A DNA stretch of 64,000 bases from Dehalococcoidia bacterium. GTDB taxonomy: Bacteria; Chloroflexota; Dehalococcoidia; UBA6926. The translations under genes and the position numbers were made by a program. Below, piece after piece: positions 18,483 to 26,851 of the stretch; position 1 is the first letter of the stretch, and every line of letters starts with the position of its first letter. The notes under the pieces were generated by a model. It searched no databases and was not told where the DNA came from. It worked only from the letters and a program-made list of their open reading frames with translations. The stretch is from NCBI GenBank assembly GCA_965207895.1, contig CBDBNN010000003.1, forward strand, positions 1,027,755 to 1,091,754. The letters run 5' to 3'.

Positions 18483-18995
18483 ATGGCGCGCGTCCTCGGC
18501 ATCGACCCGGGAACACAGGTCGCCGGTTACGGCGTACTTGATACGAAAGACGATGGCAGCACTCATTCATTTGTGGAGTGCGGCGTCGTTCGCCTTAAGC
18601 GTGATGATCCTTTGGAGATACGGCTCTTGCGACTCCGGGAAGAACTGCTTGATATCGTCGGGCGGCTGAGTCCTGACGCCATCGCCATTGAGAGCCCGTT
18701 CGTCGGACGGAACGTGAAGGCGGCATTTTCTGTGGGTGAAGCGCGCGGTGTCGCGCTCGTCATCGCTGCAGAACGCGGCATCCCAGTCCGCCAATACGCC
18801 CCCGCCCAGGTGAAAAGCACTGTCGCAGGCCACGGCCGAGCCACCAAGCAGGACGTCGATCGGCTGCTCAGGCTGCAAGTAACTATGCCCGAGGGCAGGG
18901 TTCCGGCAGACGCCACGGACGCCCTGGCCGTCGCCATGTGTGACGCGGTCCAATCCTCATCTATTCAGTCACAGTCCGCCAATCTGCTACGCTGA
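18483..18995 (+). CDS. ruvC: Crossover junction endodeoxyribonuclease RuvC
   Basis: VLGIDPGT...GYGV N-terminus with RNase H-like fold residues. Confidence 0.9.
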   Translation: MARVLGIDPGTQVAGYGVLDTKDDGSTHSFVECGVVRLKRDDPLEIRLLRLREELLDIVGRLSPDAIAIESPFVGRNVKAAFSVGEARGVALVIAAERGIPVRQYAPAQVKSTVAGHGRATKQDVDRLLRLQVTMPEGRVPADATDALAVAMCDAVQSSSIQSQSANLLR

Positions 18996-19039
18996 CTCTG
19001 GTCCGAGTGGCATGAAGACCGCCGGAATGGAGGACAGTG

Positions 19040-20248
19040 ATGGACTTTCGACTCTCGCCCGAGGCTGAGACATTCCGCGACGAGGTGCGCACGTTCTTGA
19101 AGGAGAACTGGGATCCCCGAGATTTTGAGGCTCACTCCATCAACGTTCGTTCCATCGACTTTGCAAACGCCGAATCGCGTGAGCACGACCAGGAGTTCAC
19201 CAAGAAGCTCGTCGATAAGGGCTGGTACACGATGCACTGGCCGGAGGAATTCGGCGGCACGAACGCCCCGTTTGACAATCAATTCGTTTACATGGAGGAA
19301 CTCGGGTACGCGGACGCTCCCTCAGGCAACCCGAGCGCCAACATCACCGGTGCAATCATGTTCCATGGCTCTGATTGGCTCAAGGAACAGTTCCTCCCCA
19401 AGATGGCCACAGCGGATATCGATTGGGCGCAGGGCTACAGCGAACCGAATGCAGGAACAGACCTCGCAAGCCTTCAGACACGCGGCGTGGAAGACGGAGA
19501 CGACATCGTCGTGACGGGCCAGAAGATCTGGTCGTCCGGCTCACATTTCTCCAACTGGTATCACATCCTCGTTCGCACAGACCCAAACGCGCCAAAGCAT
19601 CGCGGCATCACGTACCTGGCCATGCAGCTGACAGACGATGACGGAAATATGATGCCCGGCATCACACTGCGGCCTCTGTATGACTTCTTCGGCACCCGCC
19701 GATGGAATGAAGTCTTCATGGATGAAGTCCGCGTGCCAAAGCGTTACCTTATCGGTGAGATGAACCGGGGCTGGTATGCGGCGATGACGACGCTCAATTT
19801 TGAACGCACCGGCATCGACAACGCTGCGAGGCAAATCGGTGTATTTGATCGCTTTATTGCGATGGCTCGCGACCTGAAATTCAACGGCGAGTCGATCCTG
19901 AACAACGGCGTCACGCGGCACCAGTTGGCGGATCTGCGCGTGACGCTTGAGATTGACCGAATGCTGGCGTATCGTGTCGCGGCGATGCAGGCGGCAGGGG
20001 AGGTTCCGCAGGCGGAAGGCGCGATGTCCGGCTGGCGCGTCCTCCACACCTCAAAATACTGGCTGTGGCCCACCTTCGCTCGGGCCCTGGGACCGTACAT
20101 TGGGCTTCACAAGCCTGAACCGCGTGCCCCGGGCAATGGCATCTACGGCACGCACTACATGCTCTCCCAGAACGAGTCTGGCGGTGGCGGTGGTATCGCA
20201 CTCGGCGCAAACATCATCGCCTGGCGCGGACTGGGCCTCCCACGGTAG
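19040..20248 (+). CDS. Acyl-CoA dehydrogenase family protein
   Basis: ACAD N-terminal, middle and C-terminal domain organisation. GGAGG RBS. Confidence 0.85.
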   Translation: MDFRLSPEAETFRDEVRTFLKENWDPRDFEAHSINVRSIDFANAESREHDQEFTKKLVDKGWYTMHWPEEFGGTNAPFDNQFVYMEELGYADAPSGNPSANITGAIMFHGSDWLKEQFLPKMATADIDWAQGYSEPNAGTDLASLQTRGVEDGDDIVVTGQKIWSSGSHFSNWYHILVRTDPNAPKHRGITYLAMQLTDDDGNMMPGITLRPLYDFFGTRRWNEVFMDEVRVPKRYLIGEMNRGWYAAMTTLNFERTGIDNAARQIGVFDRFIAMARDLKFNGESILNNGVTRHQLADLRVTLEIDRMLAYRVAAMQAAGEVPQAEGAMSGWRVLHTSKYWLWPTFARALGPYIGLHKPEPRAPGNGIYGTHYMLSQNESGGGGGIALGANIIAWRGLGLPR

Positions 20249-20295
20249 TATCATCCGCGCGGCTACGTACACCTTCGGCGACGTAGAATAGACAC

Positions 20296-20658
20296 ATGGT
20301 TGTAGCGAATCGGTACGCCACTCAAGCGCGAACCTTTATCCGGCAGGCTTTCAAAGAACTTCAAACGGGCGATTTGAGGCAAGCCGCCGAGAAGGGCTGG
20401 GGTGCGGCTGCCCAGATCGTCAAGGCGATCGGGGAAGACCGTGGCCTCAAACACAGCAAACACGCCGAGTTGTTCGTGATTGTACGCACGCTCGTCGCTG
20501 AAACCGGAGACCGCAGCCTGTCCTTGTCCTTTCAGCTTGCCAACAACTTGCACATCGATTTCTATGAGGGCTGGCACGGCCACGATGACATCGAACTCAG
20601 CTTGACAAACATTGAAGAATTCATTGACAAGCTTGAGGACTTGCCCTCGCAGGGCTGA
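20296..20658 (+). CDS. Small conserved hypothetical protein, paralog 1 (possible HEPN/PaREP1-like 4-helix protein; R-x6-H-like motif DRGLKHSKH)
   Basis: 120 aa, tandem duplicate of the next gene with ~60% identity. The first ~40 nt, including the leader ATAGA(N)CACATGGTTGTAGCGAATCGGTACGC, are duplicated at DNA level. Confidence 0.6.
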   Translation: MVVANRYATQARTFIRQAFKELQTGDLRQAAEKGWGAAAQIVKAIGEDRGLKHSKHAELFVIVRTLVAETGDRSLSLSFQLANNLHIDFYEGWHGHDDIELSLTNIEEFIDKLEDLPSQG

Positions 20659-20683
20659 ACCCTCAGCGGCATAGAATAGGCAC

Positions 20684-21046
20684 ATGGTTGTAGCGAATCG
20701 GTACGCGGCCCAGAGCCGCATTTTCCTGCGTCGTGCCTTTGAAGAATTGGAGCAGGGTGACCTGCACCAAGCCTCGGAGAAGGGCTGGGGCGCAGCCGCC
20801 CAGATAGTCAAGGCGCTTGCTGAAGAGCAAGGCCTTGACCATGGTGGTCATGTAGAGCTCTACGCCGTGGTTCGCCACCTCAGAACCGAGACCGGAATCG
20901 ACGATCTCATGTCCCTCTTCCAGACTGCCGGCCATCTTCACTTCAATTTCTATGAAGGTGTCCTTGACAGTGATGAAGTTAGGGATAGCCTCAATGAGGC
21001 TTCGGAGTTCATTGACCAGGTCCGGCCAATGCTCTCCATCGAATAG
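20684..21046 (+). CDS. Small conserved hypothetical protein, paralog 2
   Basis: 120 aa. MVVANRYA...GWGAAAQIVKA...FYEG shared with paralog 1. Confidence 0.6.
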   Translation: MVVANRYAAQSRIFLRRAFEELEQGDLHQASEKGWGAAAQIVKALAEEQGLDHGGHVELYAVVRHLRTETGIDDLMSLFQTAGHLHFNFYEGVLDSDEVRDSLNEASEFIDQVRPMLSIE

Positions 21047-21085
21047 CCACTCCTATTCGTCCTCCCCTCTGGTACGCTGTGAACG

Positions 21086-21697
21086 ATGATTTCCAGCATT
21101 CAGGGCATCCTTGAGGCGCGCGGCGAGGACTGGGTTGATGTTGCCATCGGCGGCGTCAGCGTACGCGCTCAACTCCCATCATCTGCCCTGTCCGGCCTCG
21201 GCCCCATCGGAGCTCCTGTCCGTCTCTTCACCCATCTCATCGTCCGGGACGAGAACATCACTCTCTACGGCTTCCGCAGTGCGGAAGAAAAAGCGGCGTT
21301 TGGTGCACTTCTCGGCGTCTCTGGCATCGGACCACGCCTTGGTCTGGTCATTCTGTCGGTACTGTCGCCCGCAGACCTTGTGCAGGCGATAGAGCAGGGG
21401 GATGCTGGAGCGTTGGCGCGCGCGCCCGGTGTCGGCAAGCGCAGCGCCTCCCGCGTCATCGTGGAACTCAAGGGCAAGCTGGATGAGCTGGACCTCGCCG
21501 GACTGACCGCCGGCACAACCCGAACCCCCACCGTCCTCGACGCGGAGCTGACCGCCGTGCTGCAATCATTGGGCTATACCGCGCAGGAGATTCGCCTGGC
21601 CGTCTCGTCAGTTGTAAACCCGGAGTTGGAGGAGACTCCTCCGCTTGATGAGCGAGTCCGCTTGGCGCTGGCCTCTTTGAGCGAGGGTGGAACATAG
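21086..21697 (+). CDS. ruvA: Holliday junction branch migration complex subunit RuvA
   Basis: OB domain, HhH motifs (GVGKRSASRVIVEL), C-terminal domain III. Confidence 0.9.
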   Translation: MISSIQGILEARGEDWVDVAIGGVSVRAQLPSSALSGLGPIGAPVRLFTHLIVRDENITLYGFRSAEEKAAFGALLGVSGIGPRLGLVILSVLSPADLVQAIEQGDAGALARAPGVGKRSASRVIVELKGKLDELDLAGLTAGTTRTPTVLDAELTAVLQSLGYTAQEIRLAVSSVVNPELEETPPLDERVRLALASLSEGGT

Positions 21698-22160
21698 GGA
21701 CATGCTTGAAAGCTTTTTCGTCGTTCTGGCGTTGATCAGCGTCCTCTGCTCGTGGGTTTTGTACACCGGCGGTCGTTATGGCGCAGCCACCTCCAATCCC
21801 TGGTGGGCTGTTATCGGCCTTATGGCAGTTCTACTCAACCTTCATGTCATCGGGCTGCTTTTGCCGTCGTTCACGATCATCGCGTGGGTGCTGATTGCAG
21901 TCGCTATTGGTACAAGCCTGCTGGCCGCGTTGCGTGAGATTTCGTTCTGGAATGCTGGACTGCTGAAGCGTCCCGGCAACAGGGAACTGCTGATGGAAGT
22001 CATCCTCATCGTTGTCAGCATTTATGCTGCCACGACAGTGGATCCGCAAATACCTGATGTCGGACGTGGTCCAATCATCGCCGCCATCATCACGCCGCTG
22101 CTCATGGTCCGGTGGGCCATCACGCGCATCACGGCTCAACGGCCTGATCGCTACAACTAA
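21687..22160 (+). CDS. Hypothetical 4-TM membrane protein, in the position normally occupied by ruvB
   Basis: Hydrophobic ORF overlapping the ruvA stop. Confidence 0.5.
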   Translation: MEHRDMLESFFVVLALISVLCSWVLYTGGRYGAATSNPWWAVIGLMAVLLNLHVIGLLLPSFTIIAWVLIAVAIGTSLLAALREISFWNAGLLKRPGNRELLMEVILIVVSIYAATTVDPQIPDVGRGPIIAAIITPLLMVRWAITRITAQRPDRYN

Positions 22161-22210
22161 CCTCCTGACTTTCCTGTAGGAACTATTGATTCCGCTTGTA
22201 CGGAGTCCTT

Positions 22211-22639
22211 ATGAGGGCAATCATTGATACCAATCTCCTGGTTGGCGCGCTTGCGCGGCGCGGGGGCTCCGCGAGTCGCATACTGGACCTGTGGCGCGCC
22301 GGAAGATTTGAGCACGTGGCCTCAGAAGCCACTCTGCGGGAAGCGGAATCGGTCGTCGGCGCGCGGTGGATCGAAAGACTCAGCAGCAGAGAAGAACGGG
22401 ACGGACTGCTGGAGGAACTGAGAGAGAATTCCATCCTCGTCAAGGCGCCGATTCTGGAAGAGTTGACACTGAAGGATGCAGGCGACCGCCGCCTTGTAGA
22501 GGCCGCGCACGCGGGAAACGCACGCTATCTTGTCACGGCGGATAGGGAAGTGCTGCGCATGTGGGGGTATGGCGGCGTGGAGTTCGTAACGTCCGCTGAG
22601 TTCCTGCGGGTGCTGAACGAAGAATCTGGCCAACCATAG
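22211..22639 (+). CDS. PIN-domain nuclease (putative TA-system toxin family)
   Basis: IIDTNLLV...D...RLVEAA...YLVTADREV acidic tetrad pattern of PIN domains. Confidence 0.75.
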   Translation: MRAIIDTNLLVGALARRGGSASRILDLWRAGRFEHVASEATLREAESVVGARWIERLSSREERDGLLEELRENSILVKAPILEELTLKDAGDRRLVEAAHAGNARYLVTADREVLRMWGYGGVEFVTSAEFLRVLNEESGQP

Positions 22640-22720
22640 AGTTTGCGCGACTCTCAACGCAAACCCTAGTTATACTAGGGTGTTGGGCAGACATGGGGAG
22701 CCCGAGGTCAGGATCAGTTG

Positions 22721-24724
22721 ATGGCTATTGCAGAGTATCCCGCGACAGACCGGCAGTTTGAACTTGTGTCCCCGTTCGGCATGATGGGTGACCAGCCTGA
22801 CGCCGTCGGCACAATCGTGGATGGCCTCGGGGATGGTCGCCGCTATCAGACCCTCAAGGGCGTCACGGGCAGCGGCAAGACCTTCACCATGGCCAACATC
22901 ATCGCCCAGGCCCAACGTCCCGCTCTCGTCATCGCCCACAACAAGACTCTCGCCGCGCAGCTCGCCATGGAGTTTCGCGACTTCTTCCCCAACAACGCCG
23001 TCGAGTACTTCGTTTCCTATTACGACTACTACCAGCCTGAGGCATACGTCCCGCGTTCGGACACGTACATCGAAAAAGACTCGCACATTAACGATGAGAT
23101 TGATCGGCTGCGCCACGCCGCCACAAAGGCTCTGTGGGAGCGGCGTGATGTCGTAATCGTTGCCTCCGTCTCCTGCATCTACGGCCTCGGCGCGCCGGAT
23201 GAGTATGCCGCGTTCATCCTCATGCTTGAACAAGGATCACGGCACCGGCGTGACGACGTCATCCGCCGCCTCATCGACATGCAGTACGCGCGAAACGACT
23301 TCGATTTCACGCGGGGGCGATTCCGCGTCAACGGCGACACCATCGAAGTGCAGCCCGCGTACGAAGAGACCGCCGTCCGCATCGAATTCTTCGGCGATGA
23401 GATTGAGCGCATCGTCACGGTTGATACAACCACCGGCCAGCTTCTGGGCGAACGCTCGAAGGTGGCCATCTACCCCGCCAAGCACTGGGTGACTGGCGAA
23501 GAGAAACTCCGCTCCGCCATCATTGATATCGAAGAGGAACTGCATGACCGCGTGTCGTGGTTCCGTGAGCAGGGCAAGCTGGTCGAAGCTCAGCGCCTTG
23601 AACAGCGCACTCGCTACGACCTTGAGATGCTCCGGGAGGCTGGCTACTGCGCGGGCGTTGAAAACTACTCCCGGCATCTGCAGAGGCGAGAAGCGCACAG
23701 CCGACCGTGGACGCTGCTCGACTACTTCCCAAAGGACTACCTTATCTTTATTGATGAATCACACATGACTATCCCGCAGCTCCGCGGCATGTTCCACGGC
23801 GACGTCGCCCGCAAACAGGTGCTAGTCGATTACGGTTTCCGGCTGCCCTCCGCGCTGGACAACCGCCCGCTGAATTACACGGAGTTCGAGCAGCTTTTCG
23901 GGCAGATTGTCTTCGTATCCGCCACGCCCGGCCCCTATGAGCATGAGGTCAGCAACAGCATTGTTGAACAGGTCATTCGCCCAACAGGTCTCCTTGACCC
24001 GACGGTGGAGGTTAAACCCACGCGAGGGCAGGTTGACGATCTACTCGCCCAGATCAAGGAGCGCGTGGACCGTGGTGAGCGCGCGCTCGTCACCACTCTG
24101 ACAAAACGCATGGCGGAACAGCTTGCAGATTACCTGCAGGAAATGGGAGTCAAGACTCATTACATCCACGCGGACGTGAAGACACTGGATCGCAGCGAGA
24201 TACTGCGTGATCTGAGGCTCGGCGTCTATGACGTCATCGTCGGCATCAACCTCCTGCGTGAGGGCCTGGACCTGCCGGAGGTCAGCCTGGTCGCTATCCT
24301 TGATGCCGATAAGGAAGGCTATCTGCGTTCCGGCACGTCACTTATCCAGACTGTTGGGCGCGCCGCCCGCCACGTCAATGGTCACGTCATCATGTACGCC
24401 GACCGCGTAACGGACTCCATGCGCAACGCCATCGAGGAAACCTATCGACGGCGTGACCTGCAGGAGGACTACAACACGGATCACGATATCGTCCCGCAGG
24501 GAATCCAGAAGGCTGTGCATGACATCACGGAGCGTGTGAGACAAGTCGCTGAATCTCGCGCCGTGTACGAGGCCGTCCCAAGCGAAATATCGCAGGAGAA
24601 CGTCGCGTCGACTGTACGCGAGCTTGAGAAGCAGATGAAGCAAGCCGCCCGCAACCTGGAGTTTGAAAAGGCCGCTGCGCTGCGAGATCAGATGGTTGAG
24701 CTGCGCCGTCTGATGATTGAGTGA
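22721..24724 (+). CDS. uvrB: Excinuclease ABC subunit B
   Basis: Full-length UvrB with helicase motifs, beta-hairpin, and C-terminal UvrC-interaction helix. Confidence 0.95.
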   Translation: MAIAEYPATDRQFELVSPFGMMGDQPDAVGTIVDGLGDGRRYQTLKGVTGSGKTFTMANIIAQAQRPALVIAHNKTLAAQLAMEFRDFFPNNAVEYFVSYYDYYQPEAYVPRSDTYIEKDSHINDEIDRLRHAATKALWERRDVVIVASVSCIYGLGAPDEYAAFILMLEQGSRHRRDDVIRRLIDMQYARNDFDFTRGRFRVNGDTIEVQPAYEETAVRIEFFGDEIERIVTVDTTTGQLLGERSKVAIYPAKHWVTGEEKLRSAIIDIEEELHDRVSWFREQGKLVEAQRLEQRTRYDLEMLREAGYCAGVENYSRHLQRREAHSRPWTLLDYFPKDYLIFIDESHMTIPQLRGMFHGDVARKQVLVDYGFRLPSALDNRPLNYTEFEQLFGQIVFVSATPGPYEHEVSNSIVEQVIRPTGLLDPTVEVKPTRGQVDDLLAQIKERVDRGERALVTTLTKRMAEQLADYLQEMGVKTHYIHADVKTLDRSEILRDLRLGVYDVIVGINLLREGLDLPEVSLVAILDADKEGYLRSGTSLIQTVGRAARHVNGHVIMYADRVTDSMRNAIEETYRRRDLQEDYNTDHDIVPQGIQKAVHDITERVRQVAESRAVYEAVPSEISQENVASTVRELEKQMKQAARNLEFEKAAALRDQMVELRRLMIE

Positions 24725-24727
24725 TCC

Positions 24728-25747
24728 ATGTCTGTGCTGCGCACACTATTGGGAGTCGGAGGCCTGTTTCCGGCCACCATCCTGGCCCTAAGCGCCATCG
24801 CTCTCACAGGATGCGTTGAGCGTCTGTCCACTGATGGCGAACCCGGCGTTCCTGAGGGCTTCGGCGAACGTGTCCCCGACGTTCCCCTTGGCGGCTACAT
24901 CTTTGTGAAGCCGCCTGGTGACGATTCAACTATCAACATCAGCACGAACCTTCGACAGCGAGACGGCTCGACTATACCCTGGCGTGCAGAAGCCCGCTCG
25001 ATCTCACTCTGGCTGAGCCCGGCTGACACGGATGAGAGCGCAATAACCACAACAATTCGCTTCTCATTCGGCAGCGAGTTCGACGCAATTTCGGCACACA
25101 GCGTGCTTTCCCGCGTTGATGCGGGCGTGTCAACGTGGTCCAACAGGAGCGGCCACGATGCAGAGATTGTTATTGGCGATCAGAGACAGGTCTGGGCTAT
25201 GCGGAACACCCTCAATGGAAATAGGTTCATCCCCGATGAGCAATTGGCTGGAACAGGAGCCTGGCGCAATGCGCTCGACCTGCCACAGGCCCCGCCAAAG
25301 CCGGTGCTTGCCGCGGGGTTCACACAGGTTCCTCCTGAGCGCATGAACGAGATTCTTGAATGGCTGGCAGGGCAGGGCATCGTCGACCTTACGCAGTTCG
25401 GTGAGATGCTTGAGACGCTCCAGCTGGACAACGCCGTTTTTGCGGTCTATGGAGACTCTCTGCCTGAGCTAAGCGTAAACACTGCGCCGGGGGAGCTGGC
25501 TGCCCATGGTCTCACCGGACTCGCCATCGCGCGGACCGGAATCCCTGCTCCCCTTGTTTCGTGGGGATTCAACGTCGGGGCGCTGCGAGCCGGTCTCGAT
25601 AGAGTCGAATCTCGAACCGGCCGCTACTATCGCTACGAAGCCGATGGCGCAATTGTGCTCGCGCAGGTCAGGCAAGGCGATATACAGGTTGCAGCATCGT
25701 CAAACCCGGAAGATGCCGCGCAGATACTCGAACTGATACCCAACTGA
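24728..25747 (+). CDS. Hypothetical lipoprotein
   Basis: Signal peptide with lipobox LTGC. Start overlaps the uvrB stop region. Confidence 0.55.
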   Translation: MSVLRTLLGVGGLFPATILALSAIALTGCVERLSTDGEPGVPEGFGERVPDVPLGGYIFVKPPGDDSTINISTNLRQRDGSTIPWRAEARSISLWLSPADTDESAITTTIRFSFGSEFDAISAHSVLSRVDAGVSTWSNRSGHDAEIVIGDQRQVWAMRNTLNGNRFIPDEQLAGTGAWRNALDLPQAPPKPVLAAGFTQVPPERMNEILEWLAGQGIVDLTQFGEMLETLQLDNAVFAVYGDSLPELSVNTAPGELAAHGLTGLAIARTGIPAPLVSWGFNVGALRAGLDRVESRTGRYYRYEADGAIVLAQVRQGDIQVAASSNPEDAAQILELIPN

Positions 25748-25876
25748 GACGCGCCTGACGCCCACAGTTCCTAAACCACGGAGTTAACCCGCTAGAATGA
25801 ACAGGGTGGCGGCTCGGCTTTCACAAGCGTGTCGCCGTACAGCACGGAGAGAGGAAGACAAGTGACCCAGCCCGGA

Positions 25877-26695
25877 ATGAATGATCAAGCCCGCGCGCGT
25901 CTTGGCTCCATGATGAAGACGTGGGAGCGCCGCAAGAAGATTGCCGAGCACCTCAACCAGATTCAGTATCGCGTCGCCGTCTACAGCGGTAAGGGTGGCG
26001 TCGGCAAAACAACGGTTGCCGTCAACCTTGCCGTCGCGCTCTCCCAGATGGGGCATTCCGTCGGCCTGCTTGACGCTGACATCGACTGCCCGAACGCGGA
26101 CAAACTCCTCGGCGTCACTGAGCGACCGCGCTATGTGGAAGGGGTGCTCTATCCCCCCCAGCGCGCCGGCGTGAAGACCATCTCCATGGCCTCATTCCAG
26201 GAAAACGAGGACGAGGCCATCATCTGGCGCGGGCCGATGGTCACGAACGCCATCAACCAGTTCCTTGAACTAACCGAGTGGGGCGATCTTGAATACCTGG
26301 TCGTTGACCTGCCCCCCGGCACCTCTGACGCGCCGCTGACCATCATGCAGACACTTCAACTGCATGGATTCGTCGTGGTGACCACACCGCAAGACCTCGC
26401 CGTGTTGGACGCCAAGCGCTCCATCAACATGATCAAGAAGATGAACATTGACATCCTCGGAGTGGTGGAGAACATGTCAGGCGACATCTTCGGCAAGGGA
26501 GGCGGCGAGCATCTTGCCAGGGACCTTGATGTCCCGTTCCTCGGACGGCTCGAGCTGTCACGCGACTTCAGTGATATCGGCCCTGACCTCGCGGTCATCA
26601 AGCACAAGAAGGCGCAGAAGCGCTATCGGGAGATCGCTGACGGCATGATCAGCCGCGTCAAGGAAGTGACACCGGCCGCCCAAATCGCGTCCTAA
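25877..26695 (+). CDS. apbC: Mrp/NBP35 (ApbC) family Fe-S cluster carrier ATPase
   Basis: Deviant Walker A VYSGKGGVGKTT. The start could alternatively be GTG 25862. Confidence 0.85.
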   Translation: MNDQARARLGSMMKTWERRKKIAEHLNQIQYRVAVYSGKGGVGKTTVAVNLAVALSQMGHSVGLLDADIDCPNADKLLGVTERPRYVEGVLYPPQRAGVKTISMASFQENEDEAIIWRGPMVTNAINQFLELTEWGDLEYLVVDLPPGTSDAPLTIMQTLQLHGFVVVTTPQDLAVLDAKRSINMIKKMNIDILGVVENMSGDIFGKGGGEHLARDLDVPFLGRLELSRDFSDIGPDLAVIKHKKAQKRYREIADGMISRVKEVTPAAQIAS

Positions 26696-26699
26696 CGCC

Positions 26700-26810
26700 C
26701 GTCCGTCATTCCCGCGAAAGCGGGAATCCAGTACGGCGCAACGCGCCGTTCACCGCTCACCCTGAGCTTGTCGAAGGGTGAACCCCTCTCCCTGAGAGAG
26801 AAAATCGAAC
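26700..26810. repeat. Composite intergenic repeat (modules A+B+D fragment)
   Basis: gtcattcccgcgaaagcgggaatccagt... ccgctcaccctgagcttgtcgaagggtgaacccctctccctgag. Confidence 0.8.
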
Positions 26811-26851
26811 TATGGGGATTCTGGAACCAGCAGCAGGGCAGGGGAGCGCCT

